Assembly (NCBI GenBank): GCA_965644315.1
Contig: CBFFRQ010000018.1
Coordinates: 186,001 to 250,000, forward strand
Direction: 5' to 3'
Origin: Caecitellus pseudoparvulus
Taxonomy: Eukaryota; Protista; Bigyra: Bicosoecida
Length of the DNA stretch: 64,000 bases
The notes beneath the pieces were generated by a model that saw nothing but the letters and a program-made list of their open reading frames with translations, had not been told where the DNA came from and ran no database searches. Positions 51,101-61,329 of the stretch are shown here, one piece after another. Both the position numbers and the translations under genes were made by a program. Every line of letters starts with the position of its first letter. The first letter of the stretch is position 1.

Positions 51101-52779
51101 TGGAGTCCTTCTTCTTGCTGTCCTTGGCACGTGGGGAGCGTTTCTTGCTGCTGCCCTTCCGGCCACTGCCTGGCCGCCCCCCCGCCGCACCTGCTGCCGC
51201 CGCCGCTGCCGCCTCTGCCGCCGCCTCGGCTGCAGCACGCATGCCTGCTGCAAGTTCCTCCCATTCTTCCTCCCGAGTCGACGCGGCCGCCGCCTCTGCG
51301 GCCGTTTCTTCCGGAGTCCCGGGCAGTGGCTGCACGGACACAGTCACCTGTCCAGAGGACAAGGCGTCTTCCTGCGCCAGCTGCGTGAGGTGCAGGGGCA
51401 CGGCACAGCGCCAGGCCAGGTCCTTCTTCACCACCCTCACGCCACGCATGCCGAACATGGGCTCGACGTAGTGCCCTGTCGAGAGGGGGGGTGCTACCCC
51501 CCCTGCCTCGCTCGGTGCTGTGGCGTCAGCAGTGCCACCCTCCTCCCCCCCAGCACCAGCAGCATCCGGAGCCGAGGGGGCGGGCGGGATACCCACCTCC
51601 TCATCCTCCACCACCTCCACTTGCACCCGGTGCACTGTCGCCTCCACGGGCTCGCCTGCCGCCAGCCGTGCAAGCAGTGCTTCTGCCTGCGCCGCTGGCA
51701 GGAAAGCACTTGTGCTCGGCCACTCGACCCGCCACTCCCACGCCCCCGGCAGCTCCACAGGCGGCACACCAGCGCCCACGTCGCCCTCTGCGGCACCCCC
51801 CTCACTTTCTTTGCCCTCTGCCTGCCCTGGGGGCGGCGGCAGCTGCACCAAGCGCAGCTGCCCACTGGGGATGTATGTGGGAGGGGCGCCTGCCCTGCCC
51901 GCCCCACTCGGCAAGTGCAACTGCAACACGTACCGCATGTTGTTGTCGTAAGGGTCTGCCACGGCAGCCAGGGCGTCCTGTACGTCGTCTGGACCTGCGA
52001 TCTCAGGTAGCGCTTCGTACGCCCCCTCACCCCCCTCCTCCTCCCCCTCCTCGGGAGCCGGCAGACGCAGCTGGTGAGGCAGGTTTCGCAGTGCGACCTG
52101 CCCCAGCGTCAACACACGACCCCCCATCGCAGCCTGCAGCAACTGTGAGCCTGCCTGCACCTCCAGGTCCAGTGAGCCCGAGTACAGCAGGGGCGCAGCG
52201 GGGGGCGCGTCGTCCCCCTCACCGCCCGAGCCAGCTGCCAGCGGCACTGGGCTCAACACAACACTGCCACGAATCTGTTCCCCCACGACCAAGGGTGCAA
52301 GAGGCACTTCCGCACGGGCAATCACTGTGTCCACAGCTGGGTCGCGTGCCGCACCGCGGAACACCGTCAGCTGTGGCGTGGGGCAAAGGCAGCGCCGCGT
52401 GAAGGCAAGCACAGCGCGATCAGGGATCGGGGCTACGCACCTCCAACTTGCTCTCAAACACCTCGCAGATACGCGCGCTGGTGAGCGGCACCGGCTTCGT
52501 GCCACGGTCAAAGTTGTACTGTGCTGCCTTGAAGCCATTTGCTGTGGAAGTGCGCCCCAGGGCCGCCTTCGGCCCGTCCATGTGACTGTACCACAGCTCG
52601 CCATTCTCCGCCCCTCGCGTGAGCCACGACACCTGTGTCCACGTCTTGAAGTCATCTTCCTCCTCACTGTCATTCCGACTCAACGTGATGGTGTTCAGGA
52701 GCACGCGCATGCTCCACGTGTCCTCCTCCCCGCCATCCTTGCCTTCAGACGGGCCGACAGTCTCCGGGGCGGTTGCCAT
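48129..52779 (-). CDS. CFAP70: Cilia- and flagella-associated protein 70 (TTC18), TPR-containing
   Basis: LNTSGIYTALKERLKRTVVRVVRERF..FLSQLYTYL, LALEAEFEGD, AAECFREAVAI and EAEAALGEANVRDN..IWGLLALLCL. Intron 52371-52440. Confidence 0.88.
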
Positions 52780-52923
52780 GGCGAAACGCGCGTGAAACGC
52801 GCACCAAACCAGCCCAAACCCTCACAATGCCGAATCGCAAGGGCTTGCTTGCAATGGTTTGGGAACCAGGACATGGTTTACAGGGAATTGTGGGTAAATT
52901 TGTCAGAACTAGGCTGATGTTTG

Positions 52924-53015
52924 GGCGATGCCGCCGCCCAGGCGCACCTTGAGCAGCATGTCAGGGACCATGTCGGCGACCTGGTGCAGGGTCAGTGTGG
53001 AGACGCAAGTGTACA
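52924..53015 (-). pseudogene. 92-bp diverged duplicate of the NPRL3 3' end (54002-54093)
   Basis: Ungapped hand alignment gives 84/92 identity, direct orientation, offset 1078 bp. Confidence 0.85.
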
Positions 53016-53998
53016 TTCATGGGTCTCCGCTGCAGTTTCAGAGTGCTGCTGCGGTGTTCGCGTTGGTTGAAGCCTCGTGGCGCTTCTTGAGCCGCTCACG
53101 CTCGGGATCACGCCAACGCATGTGATGCACATTGCTTTCGTTCTTAGCGCGCTCCTGTTCAATCACGCTCAAAGCACCAACAGCAGCCACTGTCCCCAAG
53201 GGACCGCCCACCACCGTTGCTCCCTGACAGCGAGAGAGAGCGATGCCTCGTGCACAGCGCTCAGCGGCGCACCGACACGCAGCACACGCACCACAACAGC
53301 AGCAACACGAATCACCGCACTGAAAACACTATCTGCCATTCTGATGTCGCTCCTCGTGCTCGCTTGTGCACCCACGACGCACGCCGCCAGTGGCGCTGTG
53401 CCCCACGTCAACACGCGACGCCAACGCAAGCCCTCACTCACCTTGGTCTGAGGGCTCGTGAAGCGGCGGTGTGCATGGATGTGCAGCGTGTGCAGGATGA
53501 TGCTGGACAGGACAATGCAGGGGTGGAGTGGGTGATGTGGGATTTGGCGCACACCGCTGACTGCTGTGGGCTTGCCGTGGAACGCGGGCCTGCACACGCG
53601 CAAGCACTTGCCAGGGACAGAGCTCGCGAGAAGGCCGAGCGGGACGGACTGAGCAGGGCAGGCGCCCCTGCCACACACACAGGGCACGTCACGTGCCGCA
53701 CACATGCCATGTGCGTGTGCACGTGTGTGTGCCTGCGTCACTGCGCCGGCGTGTGTGGCGTGTGTGTGAGCGAGGGGGTGGCGTGGTGTGGTGTGTGTGG
53801 GTTGTTGCACCTGCAGCAGCAGGCGAGGCCGCAGGGGAGCGTGCCTCGGCGCAGGCTGCCCAGCACACACCAGCACTGGGCAGCATGCACACGCCAGCAC
53901 TGCCTGGTGACCAGTGACTACCGCACGGGGCTGGCGTGGGGTGCGCCTTGACCGTGTGTGTGGCACCGCCTGCAGCCTGCCCAGGCGGTGGTGTGTGG

Positions 53999-55836
53999 TC
54001 AGGCGAAGCCGCCGCCCAGGCGCACCTTGAGCAGCATGTCAGGGACAATGTCGGCGACTTGGTGCAGGGCCAGTGTGGGGATGCGAGTGTGCAGGCCCAT
54101 TTCTTCCACGCTGCATGTGCCGGTGCAGTAAGGCAGCATGGCCAGTATGTGGTCTGCCACTGCTGTTGCCGCCTGCAAGGCCTCGGAATCACTGCCTGAC
54201 GGCCCCTGCAGCTTCTGTGCGACGTGCTGCGTCAGCCACTTGTGAGCAGATTCACGGCTGCCATCTGTGCTGCTTCCTTCCGTTGGCGGTGGGCTTTCTT
54301 CGCTGTGCAGCTGCTGCTGCATCCAACTGGCCGTCTCCACCGGCATGCTTTTGAGCGGCAGGAAGCGAAGCGATGTTGTCACTTCCACCACCAGGTCGTG
54401 ACGGCACAGCCACATGAGCACTTTCAGCACGTGCTCAGAACGCTTCACGGAATCCATGCCCTGCAGGGTGGTGCCCAGCGCCCCCCCCCGCAACACCTCC
54501 ATGCTGCTCAGTGCGTCAGTGAGACTGTGCCCAGGAAACGCAGCAGCGAAATCGGCTGACAGCCCCGGCATGGCCTGCAGACTCGCTTTCGCTGGGGCTA
54601 GGACAAAGCGGGAGTACTTGTGCAGCGTTGTGATTTTCCGAGCCACTCCCCACGCCACCAGGTGCTTGGCAAGGTCCATGACTGTGTCAAGGTCTGCGCC
54701 AATGTCCATGGCCAATTGCCGCAGGGTTCGGCTGATGTTCACCGCGCGCACCACTTGCCGCAGGGCAGAAGAGCCATCAGCTGGCAAGCTTTGCAGCACA
54801 CTTTCACGGGGGGAGAGCAACAGCAGCGTGTGGTAGGGCTGCAGTGCCGCCGCTTCTGCTGCTGCACGCACACCCCCTCGCTGCGTTGCTGGCGGGAGGC
54901 TCAGCGTGGTCCACTTGTTCAGGCGAAGGCGCAGTGTGCCGCCACTGGCCACAGCGTGGTGAATGCGCACTAGCTCCTCAGCCAGCAGGGTCGTGCTCAA
55001 CCACGTCTCCAGCAGGGCATCTGTGCTCAAGTGCACTGCACCTGGCCCACTCGCGCCGTCTGGCGTCGAGTGCAGCAGGGGCGGCGCCTCTGTCCACTTG
55101 TCCCTCGCAGCCAGCAACGCGGCAGCCTGCTGGGAGACGTACCCCTCCCGCATTTCCTCGGCGTGCAGCGCCAAGCTGGTGCGTTTCAGACCCGTCTGCA
55201 GCCAGGATTTGAGCAGTTGGGCAGGCCCCGCTTCGTCGGCGGCTTGACCACTCACGGCATCGTCCACGACGCCTGCCGCGTCCAGCACGAACACGACATG
55301 GAACATGAGCAGGCTGTCTCCAGAGGACACGGCTGTGGAGCCCGAAAAAGTGCTGTCCCCCACCGTCCTCGCCAGCGCAGCTGCCTCCGCCTCCTGCCCT
55401 TCCTCCCTATTGGCTGGCGGCACCGCCTCGTCAGGGGTGCCTTGGGCCGCCGCCGCTGCGGAAGGACTCGTTGCCTTAGGCGTGGACGAAGACACGCCCA
55501 CAGGGAAGCCTAAGTACAGCACATCCTCCACCATCAGCTCGAAGGGTGCCTGCCACAGGGACGGGTCAGGATGCAGCAGCGCAGCCAGCTCATCTTCGGC
55601 CCGCACCACTGAGGCAGCGACACGCTGAGCGGAGGCCGTTGGGGTGCTGCCTGACTCGCCATCAGTGCTGGTTAATGGTATGGGTGGGGACCGTGTGGGT
55701 GGGTACCGGAACGCCAGCCTGTGGGGGGAAGCAGGGTGGGGAAAGGCTGCGGTGGACGGACGAAACGACGGCGAAACGCGGACACCCACCTGCTGCCTTT
55801 GCTGCCCCCCACCACGGCGAGACAAACCCCCAGCAT
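53999..55836 (-). CDS. NPRL3: GATOR1 subunit NPRL3/Npr3
   Basis: MLGVCLAVVGGSKGSR|LAFRYP (intron 55719-55789); PFELMVEDVLYLGFP, MFHVVFVL, EEMREGYVSQQ, LRLNKW, LQPYHTLLLL and LAKHLVAWGVARKI. Confidence 0.92.
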
Positions 55837-56704
55837 GCTGAGCAGCTTAAATGCAGAAGATTTTGCCTAAGCGTGTGATTATCAGCGCCGTAGAGCAGAC
55901 GGTGGAGCCCACTACAGATCTGTCTTTGGTTCACCCCCAGCGAGATGAGGCCAGCTCGCTGTGCCGTCGCGCCCGCGCACCATGGACGTGGGTGAGACTA
56001 GGCACTGCGCCATGCCCCTTTCCCTTAGCGATGAATTCGGCGTTGCCGCTCTGGATTTTGACTTCCACTCCCCCATGCAGTCTGCAGGCCCAAGCTCTAC
56101 ACTGTGTACAATGGGAGAGGCTTGCCGACTTACCAGCAATGGAGCGAGCCCCCTTGTAGCAAGGGTGATCCAGCACTCACAGGCAGCAAGGTACAGTCGA
56201 TTTGGCCCTCTGGTCTGCGTTCGCATGCCGCGCATGTGGGAGGTAGCACGGCAAACGCACACGTTTGCCGTGCGCTTGAGTCAGAAGTTGCGGCCAGCTC
56301 TTTGCAAGAGCCTGTGCAAGAGACACAGCCCTCCACAGAGGTATTGTCCGCAAAAGACAGGTTCAGTGGAGCAAAACGTTCCGCCCTTGGCTGGCTAAGT
56401 TCGCTTGCTTCACCCTGGGGACGGCGCGGGCTCGCCAACGCCACCCCGACAGAGGCGGTTCCCAGCACATTCCTTGCGCCAAGGACTTGCGATACGGCAC
56501 CCCCCTCGCCTTGTGCGCGGCAAACGGCCGATCCAGTAAAAATAAATCTACCCACTAAACCAAACACCTCCCTACAAGTCACGCCTTCCCCTTACGCGGC
56601 TTCGGACACCCTTGTACTGAGCACGTGTCGCCACAAGGCGTGCCAGCATAATGCAAATTCCGCAAGTTACCGGTGGGGCCGCAAGCTCTCACCACTCACA
56701 GGGC

Positions 56705-57789
56705 ATGCAGCCACTTCTGAAGAAGCAAGAGGAGTGTGCCATTTGTCTAGCCCAAAAGGCCACCTGCCAGTTCTCTGGGTGCAGCCACAAGGCCTGCCAA
56801 TGTGAGAGCAGCGCTGCTTGCAGTAACTGGCGAGACGAGCACCGTCACAGAGTCCATGTATTGTTGCCTTTGCACAGATTGTACAGAACGGTGGGCTGCT
56901 CAGAAGTGCACATGTCCAATTTGCAGGGCCCCGTTCTCCTCGTACACGTTAGAACAGGTGAGTGGTGCTGGCCCCACCGCCCAACTGGGCGTTGACGAAG
57001 CACCCTTGCCTCCCGGCCTCTTTGCAGCGAGGGCAGTCCCCAGTGCACATTGAAGTGGAGGAGCAGGAGCCCCCGGAGTCCACCCAGCTCAGACTGATGC
57101 GTGTCATCCGCTCCACTGACCTCCTGCAAGTCTTGCGGCAAGAAGCTGCGCGAAAGTTTGCGCGGGCCTGCACACGCATCAAGTGCTCGCAACCTTTCCA
57201 GCCCGGCAAGGTGTCCAAGCCCTCCTACTTGCCGGAGGCAGAACCGCACCAAGAACGTGCTGGCCGACCATTCCTGGCACAAATCATGGACTCCGCCCCC
57301 CATCGCATCGGAGGGCAGGTGCGCCCAAGGGAGTCTGACGGGCAGCGGGTTGCGGGTGGGTTGCATGACGCTCCGCATGACCAGCGCAGGGTGGTGCCCC
57401 GCACTGCCGCTGTCGCCTACCCCAGCAGCGTCACTGGCATTTGCGACTTGGGGCCCATGATCGTCCAGCCTCCCCCCGCCTCTCTGCCACGTGGCACTGA
57501 GCTGTACCCTGTGATGGACGCCACGCTAGCGGAGACGTTGAGAAACCCCACGCCCCCTCCCCATCCACGTGAAGATTGGGCCAGGAAAATGATGCGGGCA
57601 AGACAGAACACCCAGGCTCTCACAGGTGACCTGCCACGTCCCTCTTTGCCGAAGCCGCAGGCAGCCAAGCCTGCCACCAGTGCCGAGACGAAACTCGCAA
57701 CGTCGGGCGTGGCTCTGGCCAGGATGAAGGAGACCGGCTGTGGCTATGCAACCAAACCAAACTCCTGGTGCAGTGATTTGGCGGCATGA
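56705..57789 (+). CDS. C3HC4 RING-finger protein with uncharacterised C-terminus
   Basis: Intron 56802-56877 assembles CAIC-x11-CSHKACQYC-x10-CPICR. Intron 56958-57027 joins the 56962-57789 frame. The 3' end is uncertain. Confidence 0.75.
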
Positions 57790-58888
57790 AGGGTCCCTGG
57801 CCACGACGGGGCACCTTTTGAGCAGGGAGCAAGTGTTCGATGGTGGCGACGTTTCCACTGTCACGCCATTCGTTGCGCAACACCTGCCCAGACGCCCATG
57901 CCGTTCCCTGGCATGGTGCCCCCAGACAGGGCAGGAATCTTTTGGATATCTTCCTTCTGCTTGTTCTGGTTCATGTTTCACTCTCTGCAGCCAGCCAAGG
58001 CTGGCCTTCTGACAATCGCAGAAGTGGCCCAGGGAGCTGCAGCCCAGATGCAGCACAAAGTGCCGAACGCGAGATCAGCCGTTTCGGCGCTCCTGCACGC
58101 CAGACACGCATGTGAGGCGTATCACACAGGGACTTTCACGGCACAGGCCCACCCACCCCCGTGCACCCTCCCCTCATTCTCAACTCCCCTTCGGCTGAGG
58201 GATTTGAAGGTGAGCGCCACACAACGTCCCACACCTTGCCACAGCTCCCAAGCGCAGTGTGGCACTCAGCCTTGGGGGCTGGGACACGGGCACAAGTCAA
58301 TGCTTGTGCCCGTTAGACGCTTGATAAGCGCATGCTTGCATGTGCTCCGGACCTGCCCGGGGCTGCTCAGGACTCGAGCAGCTCTGGGGGGTTCAAGTCC
58401 ACATTTAGCTTGAACCGCAGTTGGCTAGAGCCATGACTTTACATGGCTCGTCCAGAAGCGGCTCGTTTCTCTCATTAGTACGCTACGCTGATTTGCACTG
58501 GCAACGTGCGTAGATGACTTCACAGAGCGAGTGCTTTCTCAATGCAGCGCTCCATGGTTGAGGCCCGTCGAACGCTCTCACACAAGGGACTGGTACACTC
58601 AGGGGTCTCATGTGGGGATGGAGCAATGCGTCCAATGATGGAAAGAAATCGCAGCACTGCATCGCCCACCACTGCTTGTCTCCATAGCTCGCAGGGTGAT
58701 GCCAGCAGCAAAAGCGTCGCCCATGCAAAACAAACCAGCGGGATCACTTACGAACACTGAGATCACACCTCAACTGCCGTTTAATTGACCTGCTTGCACT
58801 GACAGAGGCCTTAGCGACCGAGCTTCGGCAGGCGACGTGTCAATTTCCGCTTTTTTCCGCACGGCGGTGCACCTGTTCGACGGGCACA

Positions 58889-61096
58889 ATGGACCTGCTC
58901 ACACGGCAGGTGGACCCCCTGGACAACACCCTGATTGAGGTGCAGTACCCTGCAGTCACCCACGCGGTACTGTTTGTCGGCAGTGTCCTGCTCACGCTGT
59001 CAGCCGTGCTCCTGAGCCGCTGCTGCTGGCCGTGCATTGCTCTGGGCAACATGGCCAAGCAGGCCTGGCGCACCCTGACGCACACGGCGCCGAAGGAGAT
59101 GCCCCACTACGCGAGCGTGCAGCACGTCATGCCCACCTCCCGCCCCGCACTTCTCTCGGTGCGGGTGCCCGGCAAGGTCATCACGTCGGACTTCCTGCTG
59201 CACGGGCCAGCGCTCGGCACGGCCTCGCCACCCGACGTGCCCCGCATCTTCATCGTGAACATCGCCGGCAACCCAGGCGTGGCAGGCTTCTACGCCACCT
59301 TTGCCTTGAAGCTGTGGGCATCCCTGCGCGGGCTGGGCAAGTACACGAGCGTGCTGACCCTCGGGCACGGCAACCACTGCGTCGGTGCAGTTTCCGCAGA
59401 GGCACCATCCCTCCTGGAAGCCACGACACCGGCAGGAACAGGCGGTGGGGGCAGCAGCCGCCACCCCAGCCCCGTGGACCGCGACCCCCACGACACCTCT
59501 GGCTCCTGGAGTTCCGCCGGCTCGGCTGTGACGGCTGCGGCGGGCTGGGTTGCCAGCCTGCTGTGGCGTGAGGCGACGGGCGCAAGCGGCCTCCGCGCCA
59601 GCACTTGCTCGGCGCTGTCCTTGGAGGAGCAGGTGCAGCACAAGCTGGGCGTGCTGCAAGCGCTGCAGGCACTGCACCCCAGCGCCCACTTCATCCTCAC
59701 CGGCCACAGCATCGGTGCATGGATCATGCTGGAGGCTCTGCGCCGTGACGCGGATTTGAGGGCGTCCACCCTGCGTGCCGTGGGCCTGTTCCCCACCATC
59801 CACCACATCGGCAGCTCCCCCAACGGCATGCGCCTGTACCCCCTCTTCGCCTACGGCCAGACGCTGGGCGCTACCTTCCTGGACGCACTGTCCTGGGCGC
59901 CGCGAGCTGTACAGCGCCAACTCGCCCACGTGGCCATTGGCCAGCAACCCAGCCAGCTGGTGCCGGAGGGGGAGGACGCCTTCCTCTCCCTGCTGGACGG
60001 TCGCGTCGCGTACAACTTCCTGGGCATGGCCAAGGACGAGATGGAGAGCGTGCGGGATTGTGGCGCCACCGCCGCCGCCCTGGCTGGCATGCACGACCGC
60101 TGCACCTTCCTGTTCGGGGAAGCCGACCCCTGGAACGCCCAGGGAGGCGCAGAGCTGGCGGCTGTGCAGGCGGCGTACCCCGCCGCCACCTGCATCGCAG
60201 ACGAGGCGGGGTACCCGCATGGCTTCGTGCTGGATGAGAACTCCGCAGTGGGCGTGGGTGGCCTCGTGGCGCAGTGGGCGGCGGCCGCCATCAGTGCCCT
60301 GTCAGTGACACAGACGCCGTCACCCCTGGCTGCGCCGAGCCAGGCCGTGCCCACCACGCCCAACGTCGCCGAGTCCCCCAGTGTGCAGGCCATCCTGTCA
60401 GCGGCAGGGTCGGTGCAGGGCACTCTGTCTGCCATGGCGGAGGGGGCGGCATCCGCCCTGGACTCCCTGGCTGGTGTGTCGACGCACCCCCCCTCACCCA
60501 CCCCATCCCAGCAAGGCAGCACGGAGGTCAGCTCCGCCGATGACGTGGACGAGGCAGATGGTGCCGGGTCTGAGGGGCAGGAGCAGGATTCCACAGCTGG
60601 CGAGGGGCAGGAGCAGGATTCCACAGCTGGCGAGGGGCAGGAGCAGGATTCCACAGCTGGCGAGGGGCAGGAGCAGGATTCCACAGCTGGCGAGGGGCAG
60701 GAGCAGGACTCCACCACTGGCGAGGGGCAGGAGCAGGACTCCACTGCTGGCGAGGGGCAGGAGCAGGACTCCACCTCTGGTGAAGGGCAGGAGCAGGACT
60801 CCTCAGTCTCCGGGATTGTCTCGTCTCTGCTTGAGGGCGCGGTGGGGGCGTTGGATGACCTTTCGGGGGCCCCGGACAGCTCCGCAGCACCGGCCTCGCC
60901 CACTGCGGAGGGGGGGGGCAGCGGGGAGGAGGGGGAGCACGCAGAGTCACCTCCACCGCCCATTGATGCGCCTGCTGCACCGACAACTGCAGCTGCTGCC
61001 GCTGCGGTGCCTCCACCCCCCGCACCTGTGAGTGCAGAGAGTGGCAAGGGCCAGAAGGGCGGCCGGAAGGGACGACGGGGGCGGCGCCGAAAGTAG
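58889..61096 (+). CDS. Lipid droplet-associated hydrolase (LDAH)-like
   Basis: Motifs AGNPGVAGFY, LSLEEQVQHK, GHSIGAWI, LFPTI..SPNG, MAKDEM and HGFVL. N-terminal hydrophobic helix; acidic and basic tails. Confidence 0.85.
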   Translation: MDLLTRQVDPLDNTLIEVQYPAVTHAVLFVGSVLLTLSAVLLSRCCWPCIALGNMAKQAWRTLTHTAPKEMPHYASVQHVMPTSRPALLSVRVPGKVITSDFLLHGPALGTASPPDVPRIFIVNIAGNPGVAGFYATFALKLWASLRGLGKYTSVLTLGHGNHCVGAVSAEAPSLLEATTPAGTGGGGSSRHPSPVDRDPHDTSGSWSSAGSAVTAAAGWVASLLWREATGASGLRASTCSALSLEEQVQHKLGVLQALQALHPSAHFILTGHSIGAWIMLEALRRDADLRASTLRAVGLFPTIHHIGSSPNGMRLYPLFAYGQTLGATFLDALSWAPRAVQRQLAHVAIGQQPSQLVPEGEDAFLSLLDGRVAYNFLGMAKDEMESVRDCGATAAALAGMHDRCTFLFGEADPWNAQGGAELAAVQAAYPAATCIADEAGYPHGFVLDENSAVGVGGLVAQWAAAAISALSVTQTPSPLAAPSQAVPTTPNVAESPSVQAILSAAGSVQGTLSAMAEGAASALDSLAGVSTHPPSPTPSQQGSTEVSSADDVDEADGAGSEGQEQDSTAGEGQEQDSTAGEGQEQDSTAGEGQEQDSTAGEGQEQDSTTGEGQEQDSTAGEGQEQDSTSGEGQEQDSSVSGIVSSLLEGAVGALDDLSGAPDSSAAPASPTAEGGGSGEEGEHAESPPPPIDAPAAPTTAAAAAAVPPPPAPVSAESGKGQKGGRKGRRGRRRK
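60572..60802 (+). repeat. 30-bp coding minisatellite, ~7.7 copies, encoding (EGQEQDSTAG)n
   Basis: Units GAGGGGCAGGAGCAGGA(T/C)TCCACNNCTGG(C/T) start at 60572, 60602 and so on to 60782. Confidence 0.95.
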
Positions 61097-61329
61097 AGCG
61101 GGCGTCACTGGCACTTCGCGTGCAGAGACAAAAACACGCCGTTTACATGACTGTGCCAGCACTGGGAAATGCATGGCCAGGACGAAGGGCCTTTCGTTGC
61201 GAGGCAGGGCGCAGTGCGTCCCAAGCAGGGCAGACCACCCCGCCGACCGAGCAGCGTTGCTGCCACTTGGCACCCACGCGAAACACCGGCTGCTCGAGGG
61301 GCTGGGCTGGAAACCAACGACAGGACACC

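Noticed and set aside
52924-54093. DGR template/variable repeat pair
   Set aside because: No reverse transcriptase in the window, and the mismatches are not adenine-specific on either strand.
55851-56700. Short ORFs between NPRL3 and the RING gene
   Set aside because: No recognisable motifs or clear exon chain; most simply a divergent promoter region.
58340-58420. tRNA gene suggested by GGTTCAAGTCC
   Set aside because: The T-stem does not pair (GGGGG vs CCACA), and no acceptor, D or anticodon arms were found.
57787-58460. Selenocysteine readthrough of the RING gene TGA with a downstream SECIS
   Set aside because: No redox motif at the TGA, and the hairpins lack SECIS geometry.
60572-60802. 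30-bp periodic array as a CRISPR
   Set aside because: No unique spacers, in-frame within a CDS, no cas genes, eukaryotic context.
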